From the NCBI GenBank assembly GCA_947447995.1, contig CANFLQ010000005.1:1-61275 (forward strand): DNA of 61,275 nt, read 5' to 3'. Every line of letters begins with the position of its first letter. The first letter of the stretch is position 1. This document shows positions 45,477 to 54,177 of this stretch, piece by piece. The notes under the pieces are model-generated. The model was not told the DNA's origin. It saw nothing but the letters and a program-made list of their open reading frames with translations, and made no database searches. The position numbers and the translations under genes were made by a program. The DNA comes from Bacteroidota bacterium. GTDB lineage: Bacteria > Bacteroidota > Bacteroidia > 2-12-FULL-35-15.

Positions 45477-46817
45477 GTGAAAAAAGTTTTAATACTCGCA
45501 TACGATTTCCCACCCTATGTATCTGTTGGAGGATTACGACCTTATAGCTGGTATAAATATCTGAATGAATTCGGTGTTTATCCTATTGTTGTTACCCGTC
45601 AGTGGAACAATGAATTTAACAATCATTTAGATTATATTGCCCCGGGAGATTCTACAGAGAGTATAATAGAAACTACAGCGTATGGAACTATTGTTAAAGC
45701 TCCATACACACCCAATTTTGCAAACAAACTAATGCTAAAATATGGGAACTCTAAATACGCTCTTCTCCGTAAATGCATTTCAGCATATTTTGAGTTGGCA
45801 CAGTTTTTATACCTTACCGGACCTAAAGCTCCACTTTATTTTGCAGCTGAGCGTTACCTTAAAAATAATCAGGTGGATGTAATTATTGCAACCGGCGACC
45901 CTTTTATTCTTTTCAATTATGCTGCTAAATTGAGTAAAAAATTTAACATTCCATGGATAGCCGATTACCGCGACCCCTGGTCGCAAAACCTTCATATTCA
46001 ACAAAACTACATTCTAAAGAAATGGTTCTCCTTTTTTGAAAAAAAAACAATACGTTCAGCTTCTTTAATTACAACTGTTTCTGATTTTTTAGAGGCGAAA
46101 ATATCTGAATTGATTGAAAATAAAAAGTTTTTAATTTTACCCAATGGTTATGACCCCGAAGCTTTCGAAAACATAGAATTAATCAATCAACAGAGCGATA
46201 GTTTCAATATTGCATTTGTTGGTTCGATCTATAACTGGCATCCCGTAAAAAGTTTCCTTTCGGTTATTTCCTTATTTATAAAAAATAATACGGGATCAAG
46301 TATCAAGGTCAACTTTTATGGAATCAATAATATGACCGAACTAAACGAAATGATAGCTATTCATTTTAACGATTTATCAAATCACATAACCTTTCATCCT
46401 AAAACAGAAAACAAACTTCTAATTCAAAAATTGGCCAAGGATAATATCCTGTTGCTTTTTAATAATTACTCCCTTTCAGGAACAAAAATATACGATTATA
46501 TCCGATTGAAAAGAGCTATTTTATTTTGCTATGCAAATGACGAGGAAGCAAAAAAATTAAAAAAAATATATTTCAGAATATCGGAATTAAAAAAAACAAA
46601 CGATCATTTACAAGAGGACATTATCAATGAAACCAATTCAGGTTACGTTATTCAGGACAGCAAGCATCTGCTCAGCACCCTTGATCATCTGCATAAAGAA
46701 CATAGTAAAACAGGGCTTATCCAATGCAACACCATTAACACAGAACAATATTCGAGAAAACATCAGGTAAAACAGTTGGCTAAATTAATACATGAGTTTT
46801 CTTTACAAAAAAAATAA
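45477..46817 (+). CDS. GT4-like glycosyltransferase
   Basis: GTG start. KKVLILAYDFPP...GGLR, IATGDPF, WIADYRDPWS, ILPNGYD, GTKIYDY motifs. Confidence 0.8.
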   Translation: MKKVLILAYDFPPYVSVGGLRPYSWYKYLNEFGVYPIVVTRQWNNEFNNHLDYIAPGDSTESIIETTAYGTIVKAPYTPNFANKLMLKYGNSKYALLRKCISAYFELAQFLYLTGPKAPLYFAAERYLKNNQVDVIIATGDPFILFNYAAKLSKKFNIPWIADYRDPWSQNLHIQQNYILKKWFSFFEKKTIRSASLITTVSDFLEAKISELIENKKFLILPNGYDPEAFENIELINQQSDSFNIAFVGSIYNWHPVKSFLSVISLFIKNNTGSSIKVNFYGINNMTELNEMIAIHFNDLSNHITFHPKTENKLLIQKLAKDNILLLFNNYSLSGTKIYDYIRLKRAILFCYANDEEAKKLKKIYFRISELKKTNDHLQEDIINETNSGYVIQDSKHLLSTLDHLHKEHSKTGLIQCNTINTEQYSRKHQVKQLAKLIHEFSLQKK

Positions 46818-46826
46818 AAAACAAGC

Positions 46827-47447
46827 ATGTCTATCAATATCGTTATTGTTGATTATGGAATGGGGAATTTAAACTCTGTTTATAAAACATTGGTTCGCCT
46901 TAAAACAAACCCCATTATATCCAATAATCAAAAAATAATTGAACAAGCCGACAAGCTGATATTGCCTGGAGTAGGTCATTTTAAAAATGCAATGGCACAA
47001 TTAAACAATCTGCAATTATTGGAAACATTAAATGAAAATATACTGGTTAAAAAAAAACCAATTTTGGGTATTTGTTTAGGAATGCAGTTAATGGGTAGCA
47101 AAAGTGAAGAAGGCAATGTAAACGGATTGGGTTGGATAGACGGAGATGTAATTAAATTCAACATTAACGATACGCTCAAACACAAAATCCCTCACATAGG
47201 ATGGAATAGCATTGTAAATTCAAAAACAAGCTTGCTGATGAAAAAAATCCCCAATCATTCTCAATTTTATTTTGTTCATTCCTATCATTTTAAAGTTGCC
47301 AACTCAAACCATATTTTAAATGAAACAGAATATGAATATACATTTACATCAGCAATTGAAAAAGAAAACATATTTGGGGTACAATACCACCCCGAAAAAA
47401 GCCACGATATAGGAGAATTGTTACTTAAAAATTTTATTGAACTGTAA
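46827..47447 (+). CDS. HisH-like class I glutamine amidotransferase (glycan-locus paralog, WbuY/HisH2-like)
   Basis: DYGMGNLNSV, LPGVGHF, GICLGMQ (catalytic Cys), YFVHSY, QYHPEKS motifs, inside a glycan locus. Confidence 0.9.
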   Translation: MSINIVIVDYGMGNLNSVYKTLVRLKTNPIISNNQKIIEQADKLILPGVGHFKNAMAQLNNLQLLETLNENILVKKKPILGICLGMQLMGSKSEEGNVNGLGWIDGDVIKFNINDTLKHKIPHIGWNSIVNSKTSLLMKKIPNHSQFYFVHSYHFKVANSNHILNETEYEYTFTSAIEKENIFGVQYHPEKSHDIGELLLKNFIEL

Positions 47448-47448
47448 T

Positions 47449-48207
47449 ATGTTCCGACCAAGAGTGATACCCGTTCTGCTTTTAAAAAATCAAGGACTGG
47501 TAAAATCAAAAGCCTTTAAAGATTATAAATACATTGGTGACCCAATTAATGCGGTTAGAATATTTAATGATTTTAAAGCTGATGAATTGGTTTTTTTGGA
47601 CATAGATGCTAGCAAAGAAAACAGATTGATTGACCTTAATTTTGTTAAAAATGTAGGTGAAGAAGCCAATATGCCTTTTGCTGTTGGCGGAGGAGTACGT
47701 TCCTTAGAAGACATTCATAAAATAATTACCGCTGGTGCCGAAAAGGTTGTTATTGGGAGCTATGCTGCCAAAAATCCTGATTTTATACAAGAGGCGGCTG
47801 ATGCATTTGGCTCCTCCACCATTGTTGTTTGCTTAGATGTTAAAAAGAAATTTTTCGGCGGCGCACAAACGTGGATACTTAACGGAAGTAAATCTACAGG
47901 ATATTCACCCATTGCTTTTGCCCAACTAATGCAACAAAAAGGAGCCGGAGAAATTATTATTCAATCTATTGAAAAGGACGGAATGATGACAGGATATGAT
48001 ATTGCCTTGATAAAATCAATATCGGAAGCAGTAAGCATTCCCGTGATAGCTTTGGGTGGAGCAGGAAACCTGAGTCATTTGCAAGAAGCATATTCTCAAG
48101 CATATGCAAACGGCTTAGCTGCTGGCAGTATGTTTGTTTACCAAGGCGTTAAACAAGGTGTATTGATTACATATCCTGAAAAAGTTGACTTTAATTTTAA
48201 ATATTAG
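47449..48207 (+). CDS. HisF-like cyclase (AglZ/HisF2/WbuZ-like)
   Basis: RPRVIPVLLL, YIGDPINAVRIFN, ADELVFLDI, GGGVRS, IPVIALGGAG, AAGSMFVY are the glycan-locus HisF2 pattern. ATG at 47449. Confidence 0.88.
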   Translation: MFRPRVIPVLLLKNQGLVKSKAFKDYKYIGDPINAVRIFNDFKADELVFLDIDASKENRLIDLNFVKNVGEEANMPFAVGGGVRSLEDIHKIITAGAEKVVIGSYAAKNPDFIQEAADAFGSSTIVVCLDVKKKFFGGAQTWILNGSKSTGYSPIAFAQLMQQKGAGEIIIQSIEKDGMMTGYDIALIKSISEAVSIPVIALGGAGNLSHLQEAYSQAYANGLAAGSMFVYQGVKQGVLITYPEKVDFNFKY

Positions 48208-48249
48208 AAAAAAATTAATCGATTAAAACTTCCTATTCATATATAAATA

Positions 48250-48257
48250 TACCTTTG
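48250..48257 (+). promoter_or_regulatory. Bacteroidota -7 element (TACCTTTG) upstream of the amidotransferase
   Basis: Exact TAnnTTTG about 56 bp before ATG 48314, in a 106-bp gap. Confidence 0.5.
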
Positions 48258-48313
48258 CTCAAAATAATTAAAAGGCAACACTAAACTGCAAAAAAATTAA
48301 TATTACTAAATTA

Positions 48314-49435
48314 ATGTACAACAAAAAAACAGAATACCAACAATGTAATCGCTGCGTAATGGATACGAGCGATGTTGCAATTGTATTTGACGAAAAAGGC
48401 AATTGCAATCATTGTAACAGGTATTTCGAAAAGCTAGAAAAACAAACCTACCAAGGAAAGATAAGTGATGAGCAATTACTAGAATTGGTTAAAAAAATAA
48501 AAAAAGATTCTAAAAACAATGACTACGATTGTGTAGTTGGAATTAGCGGCGGGGTAGATAGTTGTTACACGGCTTATTTACTAAAAAAAATAGGATTAAA
48601 ACCCTTGGCTGTTCATTTAGACAATGGTTGGGATTCGGAAGCCGCAGTAAAAAATATCAAGTATGTAGTAGGTAAATTAGGTATCGATTATCAAAGTTAT
48701 GTGCTAGATTGGGAAGAGTTTAAAGACCTGCAACTGGCATTTCTTAAAGCATCGGTACCTGAAGCTGAAACACCAACCGACATTGCTATTTTGGCTGCTT
48801 TGCACAAAGTAGCTAATGAAAACAACATTAAATACATCATAAGTGGTGGTAATTACGTTACAGAAGGCATACTGCCAAAAAGCTGGCATTACAACGCCAA
48901 AGATTTTAAATACCTTAGCTCCATTCACAAACAATTTGGCAAAAAAAAGCTACGCACCTTCCCTACTTTCGGCTTTTCAACCGAAATGTATTACAAATAC
49001 ATCAAAGGCATCAAAATAGTTTATTTACTCAATTATGTAAGCTTCAGCAAGCGAGATGCTATGGCATTGCTTGAAAAGGAGTTAGACTGGAAATATTACG
49101 GAGGCAAACATTACGAATCAAAATACACCGGATTTTTACAATCTTATATCTTACCCGTAAAATTTAATATTGATTACAGACGAGCCACCTTTTCTACCCA
49201 AATTTGCGCTGGCGAAATGTTGCGCGCAGAAGCCTTGGAAGAGTTAAAGCAAGTATCCTACCACTCAATAAAGGTTCAAGAAGAGATGGAATACCTGTGT
49301 AAAAAATTAGGCATATCCATTCAAGCATTTACCGATATAATGAACCTTCCCCCTAAAACACACAAAGATTATCCTAACGATGAAGCTCTTCTGGAGTTTA
49401 TTTATGAGGTATATCGTAAACTGAATAGAAAATAG
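48314..49435 (+). CDS. N-acetyl sugar amidotransferase (WbuX/WbpG/PseA-like)
   Basis: N-terminal CNRCVMD...CNHC, PP-loop ISGGVDS, HLDNGWDSE, YYGGKHYES motifs. Confidence 0.88.
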   Translation: MYNKKTEYQQCNRCVMDTSDVAIVFDEKGNCNHCNRYFEKLEKQTYQGKISDEQLLELVKKIKKDSKNNDYDCVVGISGGVDSCYTAYLLKKIGLKPLAVHLDNGWDSEAAVKNIKYVVGKLGIDYQSYVLDWEEFKDLQLAFLKASVPEAETPTDIAILAALHKVANENNIKYIISGGNYVTEGILPKSWHYNAKDFKYLSSIHKQFGKKKLRTFPTFGFSTEMYYKYIKGIKIVYLLNYVSFSKRDAMALLEKELDWKYYGGKHYESKYTGFLQSYILPVKFNIDYRRATFSTQICAGEMLRAEALEELKQVSYHSIKVQEEMEYLCKKLGISIQAFTDIMNLPPKTHKDYPNDEALLEFIYEVYRKLNRK

Positions 49436-49442
49436 TTTTAAC

Positions 49443-51311
49443 ATGTGCGGAATTGCAGGATATTACAGCAATAACAGTTCGTTTTCAGAAACAGAATTAA
49501 AGGCGATGACCAATACTCTTGCTCATCGGGGACCTGATGCCAAAGGATATTTTATTGACGATACAATAGGCTTGGGACATAGACGATTAAGCATCATTGA
49601 TATATCAGCGTCTGCCAATCACCCTATGATATCGGGATGCGGGAGATATATTATCATTTACAACGGAGAGGTTTATAACTTCAAAGAAATTGCATTTCAA
49701 CTTAAACAACTTAAACCTTCTTTAAATTTTAAAACTACCTCCGATACCGAAGTTATTATAGAAGCCTTTACTCATTGGGGGGAACAATTTATTGAACAAC
49801 TTAATGGAATGTTTGCTTTTGCTATTTATGACAAAATAAATAAAGAATTATTTATTTATCGCGATAGACTAGGTATTAAACCCATTTATTATTTTTGGGA
49901 TGAAAACAATTTTATTTTCGCCTCCGAATTAAAATCCTTAAAGCAATTAAAAAACAAAATTAACTTTAAGATTAACCCTTTAGCTATCAACGAATTTTTA
50001 CACCTCGGATATATTCCTGAGCCTCATTCTATATACGAGAACATTCATAAACTACCATCGGGAACCTATTTTAAAATAAAGGGTAATCGTCTGATAAAGT
50101 GCCAATATTGGAATGCTCGGGATAAAATACAACCACAAATAGAAACCAACTTTACAAATGCCAAACAAACATTAACAAACTTAATCGAATCTTCGGTAAA
50201 ATACCGAATGGTAAGCGATGTACCTTTTGGAACATTTTTAAGCGGAGGCATCGATTCTAGTTTAGTAACTGCTGTAGCCCAAAAATTTTCTGACCAACCT
50301 ATCAATACCTTTTCAATAGGCTTCAAAGAAACAAAACAGAACGAAGCCGGATTTGCTAAAAATGTTGCCAAGCACTTAAAAACAAATCACTACGAATGGA
50401 TAGTTACTCAAAAAGAAGCCCTAAATCAGGTAAGTCAATTACCCGAAATTTATGATGAACCTTATGCCGATTCATCAGCAATCCCCACTTTAATTGTTTC
50501 ACAATTTGCAAAAAAGTATGTTAAAATGACCTTATCCGGCGATGGGGGTGATGAATTATTTATGGGGTACGGAGCTTACAAATGGGCTAAACGCCTTGCA
50601 ACCCCTTTACTTAATGTATTAGGAAAACCATTAGCTATGGGCTTATCAACGAGGGGTGAAAAATATAGAAAAGCAGAAGAACTGCTTAAATACAAAGATC
50701 CTGGTACTTTAAAAAGTCATATATTTTCACAAGAACAATCTCTGTTTTCAAGACAAGAAATAAAAAACTTAGTTCATCCCAATTTTTATACAGGAATCAA
50801 CCTGAATGAAAATTATGAAAACTTAAATCGCACTTTATTGCCTGAAGAACAGCAAGCCTTGTTCGACATTAATTATTATTTAAAAGATGATTTGTTAGTA
50901 AAAGTAGACAGAGCAACTATGCACCATTCATTAGAAACCAGAGTGCCCTTACTAGATTATCGCTTAGTAGAATTTGCACTCAATTTATCACCCAGCCTTA
51001 AACTTAAAAACGGAGAAGCTAAATATTTATTAAAACAAGTATTGTATGAATATGTACCAAAAAAACTGTTTGACAGACCCAAACAAGGGTTTTCAATACC
51101 TTTGGCAGATTGGCTTAAAAATGATTTACGATTTTTAATAGAAGATTATTTATCAGAAAAAACGATCAAAAAACACGGGATTGTTAATTATGAAATTGTT
51201 GCCGAATTAAAAAAACAATTTCTTATAAACAACAACAACTTTCTTTATAATAAAATATGGCTGTTGATAGTGTTACACCAATGGCTGGAAGCCAGTGTGC
51301 TGATTGCTTGA
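49443..51311 (+). CDS. asnB: Asparagine synthase (glutamine-hydrolysing)-type amidotransferase
   Basis: MCGIAG (Ntn Cys2), HRGPD, LGHRRLSIID, YNGEVYN, FLSGGIDSS, LSGDGGDELF, ETRVPLLD motifs. Confidence 0.93.
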   Translation: MCGIAGYYSNNSSFSETELKAMTNTLAHRGPDAKGYFIDDTIGLGHRRLSIIDISASANHPMISGCGRYIIIYNGEVYNFKEIAFQLKQLKPSLNFKTTSDTEVIIEAFTHWGEQFIEQLNGMFAFAIYDKINKELFIYRDRLGIKPIYYFWDENNFIFASELKSLKQLKNKINFKINPLAINEFLHLGYIPEPHSIYENIHKLPSGTYFKIKGNRLIKCQYWNARDKIQPQIETNFTNAKQTLTNLIESSVKYRMVSDVPFGTFLSGGIDSSLVTAVAQKFSDQPINTFSIGFKETKQNEAGFAKNVAKHLKTNHYEWIVTQKEALNQVSQLPEIYDEPYADSSAIPTLIVSQFAKKYVKMTLSGDGGDELFMGYGAYKWAKRLATPLLNVLGKPLAMGLSTRGEKYRKAEELLKYKDPGTLKSHIFSQEQSLFSRQEIKNLVHPNFYTGINLNENYENLNRTLLPEEQQALFDINYYLKDDLLVKVDRATMHHSLETRVPLLDYRLVEFALNLSPSLKLKNGEAKYLLKQVLYEYVPKKLFDRPKQGFSIPLADWLKNDLRFLIEDYLSEKTIKKHGIVNYEIVAELKKQFLINNNNFLYNKIWLLIVLHQWLEASVLIA

Positions 51312-51434
51312 TATGCTGATGTGCTAATTAACTAATAAGATGATCTAATACTACTTTATGATACGGTATTAATAACGATAAGTTAATGTATTTAATAATC
51401 GAAAATCAGCACATTAGTAATCAGCACATCAATT
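51295..51434. repeat. Inverted pair of family-2 arms between convergent stop codons
   Basis: gtgtgctgattgcttgatatgctgatgtgctaatt (51295-51329) versus aatcagcacattagtaatcagcacatcaatt (51404-51434). Confidence 0.85.
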
Positions 51435-52776
51435 AAACTCCCAACTTCTTCTTAAATTTTTGTTCGTACAAATACCTTAGTACAAATAAACTAGATACAA
51501 AAAACGGAATACACGGTATTTTTAAACGAACTAATGAGCCAAAATTAGAAGTAGCTATCCCAACAGAAAAGGCAAAGAATAGAGAAAAAATTACAGAAAA
51601 TAACAACAATGGCTTTTCACCAATCAACGTAAAAAATCCGAAAAACTTCAATCTAATTAGCAGTAATAAAGTTAACACCATTATATATGTATTTTCAAGA
51701 GCAGAAAGAAGCATTACCGGATTGCGAGCATCTAACAAGGTTGGTCTAAACAATGTAGCAGCGATGGCTAAATGCGCCTTGCTGGCAATACTACCAGCAG
51801 AAGCATCAAACTCACCAATATCAAAACTATTACCTCCATAATACTCACTTTTTTGATCTTTGTTAGAAATTACAGCTTTAGTTAATACCTTATCAACCGA
51901 ATAATCGCCTAAGGTATCACCCAACTTTGTTAAAATAAAAAAACCTACGCCAACTCCTATTGCAATAAAAAATGGTGCTAAAAATAACCTTAAAAATTTA
52001 CTCTTCACGTTTACCAAGCGTTGGTTTGCTAACCAAATAACAGAACCAGGAAGCAATGCAAACAAAATATACGGTTTAATTAACACTAATAATAGGGAAG
52101 AAATGAAAATAAAAAAAATGTATTTTATCTTGTAATTTTTCTTAACAAAAAAAACATAAAAATAATAGGTATACCAACCCACTGCGGAAAGTGTAATGGT
52201 ATCTTTTAGTAAACCTGAGCCCCAAAAAACTACCGATGGAATAAATAAAATTGAAATGGCAAATTGCTTCTCCAATGCAGGAAATTCTTCATTAAATAAT
52301 AGGAACAAACGCCAAATCCCTGTGTAACAAATCCAAGCTAAAAGTATAGAAGAAACCATAAAACTTTGAAAGGAAACCATAATCAGAGGAACAATCAAAC
52401 GAACAACCACCATAGCTTGTTTATCGAACATCATGTAACAATAACCTGTTTTATTATCAAAAACACTATAATTTTCCCAAGTAGTATTTCCCTTCATTAT
52501 GTCAAAAAAAACAGTGGGATTTTTACCAAATAATTTTACCAACGCCTGAGATGACATAAAATAATTTACAGTATCCCCGTCCTTATAATAAAACTGGTAT
52601 ATTAAACAAACTGCAATGGCACCAAAACATTTAACAATCAAACCGCGGGTATACCATTTATACAATGGCTGTTGCTGTTCATTTTTTTTACGAATATAAT
52701 TTCCAACAAAAAAAATAAACAATAAAAGAAAAGGAGTAAACAATAAATCGAAAATAGTAAGTACAAACGTATTCAT
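51433..52776 (-). CDS. Polytopic membrane protein, Wzy/polymerase-like
   Basis: About 11 TM segments with periplasmic loops (GDTVNY, FWGSGLLKDT, NFGSLVRLK), within the glycan locus. Function inferred from topology and context. Confidence 0.6.
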   Translation of the reverse strand: MNTFVLTIFDLLFTPFLLLFIFFVGNYIRKKNEQQQPLYKWYTRGLIVKCFGAIAVCLIYQFYYKDGDTVNYFMSSQALVKLFGKNPTVFFDIMKGNTTWENYSVFDNKTGYCYMMFDKQAMVVVRLIVPLIMVSFQSFMVSSILLAWICYTGIWRLFLLFNEEFPALEKQFAISILFIPSVVFWGSGLLKDTITLSAVGWYTYYFYVFFVKKNYKIKYIFFIFISSLLLVLIKPYILFALLPGSVIWLANQRLVNVKSKFLRLFLAPFFIAIGVGVGFFILTKLGDTLGDYSVDKVLTKAVISNKDQKSEYYGGNSFDIGEFDASAGSIASKAHLAIAATLFRPTLLDARNPVMLLSALENTYIMVLTLLLLIRLKFFGFFTLIGEKPLLLFSVIFSLFFAFSVGIATSNFGSLVRLKIPCIPFFVSSLFVLRYLYEQKFKKKLGV

Positions 52777-52802
52777 TTAAGTATTTTTGCTGTAATTAGT
52801 AA

Positions 52803-52810
52803 CAAAAATA
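52803..52810 (-). promoter_or_regulatory. -7 element (TATTTTTG) upstream of the Wzy-like gene
   Basis: Exact TAnnTTTG on the minus strand about 27 bp before the start. Confidence 0.5.
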
Positions 52811-52871
52811 ACACAATGTTTGACGAATTTAGCCAAATATAACTTTTGTAGCAACAATTAAATTTAAAAAA

Positions 52872-54110
52872 ATGAATGTTATCTATATATCTTATGACGG
52901 AATGACCGACCCTCTAGGGCAATCACAAGTGATTCCCTATTTGATTGGGTTAACAAAAATTGGGCATACAATAGCCATCATAAGCTGTGAAAAAAAAGAT
53001 AATTTTGAAAAACATCAGTCATTTATTAAACAGTTATTACAGGTCAATACTATTAACTGGCATCCTGTCCCTTACTCATCATTACCTTCTATATTATCCA
53101 AGCAAATTAACCTATTCCGTATTCAACAAAAAGCAAATCAACTTTATAAAATAAACAACCCAGATATAATACATTGTCGAAGTTATATGGCAGCATTGGT
53201 TGGAAATACGTTAAAAAACAAATACGGTGTTAAATTTATTTTTGATATGCGCGGCTTTTGGGCCGATGAGCGCGTTGATGGGCATATATGGGATTTAAAA
53301 AAAACGATACATCAAAAGGTCTACCATTTTTTTAAGAAAAAAGAATTGGAATTTCTACAAAATGCCGATCACACCATCAGTTTAACTCAAAATGCCAAAG
53401 ACGAAATTTTAAGTTGGACTTCATTAAAAAACAAATCCATTCCAATAACCATTATTCCCTGCTGCGTTGACCTTAATCTTTTTACAACTAAAAATATTGC
53501 CCCTACTCATCAACAAAATATAAAAATTCAATTAAATATAAGTCCCGATGATTTTATAATATCATACCTAGGTTCTATCGGAACATGGTATATGTTGGAA
53601 GAAATGCTGGATTTTTTTAAACTACTTACTTCCAAATATAAAAATGCAAAGTTCCTTTTCATTACGCAGGATAATCAACAACACATTTTCTCACTAGCTG
53701 CAAGTAAGGGAATTTCTAAAAAACGGCTTATCATTCATTCAGCATCAAGAAATGAAGTGCCAATATATTTGAGTATTTCTCATTTATCTATATATTTTAT
53801 AAAACAAGCCTATTCTAAAAAAGCCTCCTCCCCCACCAAAACAGGAGAAATAATGGCAATGGGCATTCCTATAATCACCAATTCAGGAATTGGCGATAGT
53901 GATAAAATTATTTCGGAATCAGGAGCTGGTGCACTGATAAATAGCTTTACAGAAAAGGAATACCTTCGTATAATTGAACAAATTGACGTACTTTTAAAGT
54001 CGGATAAAACAAAAATAAGAGATGCGGCATTTAAGTACTTTTCACTTGAAAACGGAGTTGAATTGTATGATGATGTTTATGAGAAAGTAATAAACATTGA
54101 ACGCAGATGA
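52872..54110 (+). CDS. GT4 glycosyltransferase
   Basis: YISYDGMTDPLGQSQV, IHCRSY, FDMRGFWADER, YLGSIGTWY, SSPTKTGEIMAMG motifs. Confidence 0.88.
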   Translation: MNVIYISYDGMTDPLGQSQVIPYLIGLTKIGHTIAIISCEKKDNFEKHQSFIKQLLQVNTINWHPVPYSSLPSILSKQINLFRIQQKANQLYKINNPDIIHCRSYMAALVGNTLKNKYGVKFIFDMRGFWADERVDGHIWDLKKTIHQKVYHFFKKKELEFLQNADHTISLTQNAKDEILSWTSLKNKSIPITIIPCCVDLNLFTTKNIAPTHQQNIKIQLNISPDDFIISYLGSIGTWYMLEEMLDFFKLLTSKYKNAKFLFITQDNQQHIFSLAASKGISKKRLIIHSASRNEVPIYLSISHLSIYFIKQAYSKKASSPTKTGEIMAMGIPIITNSGIGDSDKIISESGAGALINSFTEKEYLRIIEQIDVLLKSDKTKIRDAAFKYFSLENGVELYDDVYEKVINIERR

Positions 54111-54177
54111 CGCAGAAAAAAAAATTTAAAAGAATTTCGATAACTAAAGCCAACTTTAAACTTTGAAACTTTGAACT
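54101..54177. repeat. Composite array: ACGCAGATG 9-mer arm over the GT4 stop plus a family-1 arm over the galE start
   Basis: acgcagatgacgcaga (54101-54116) and caactttaaactttgaaactttgaact (54151-54177). Confidence 0.7.

Noticed and set aside
44150-45480. Invertible DNA segment flanked by recombinase inverted repeats
   Set aside because: I found no matching inverted repeats at the two ends by eye, and there is no recombinase in the window.
46827-48207. hisH/hisF as histidine biosynthesis genes
   Set aside because: No other his genes are present, they are embedded in a glycan locus next to an N-acetyl sugar amidotransferase, and the sequence pattern matches the HisF2/AglZ type.
51360-51400. 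Fur box in the asnB/Wzy-like spacer
   Set aside because: Only a loose AT-rich resemblance, and it lies between two stop codons where a repressor site makes little sense.
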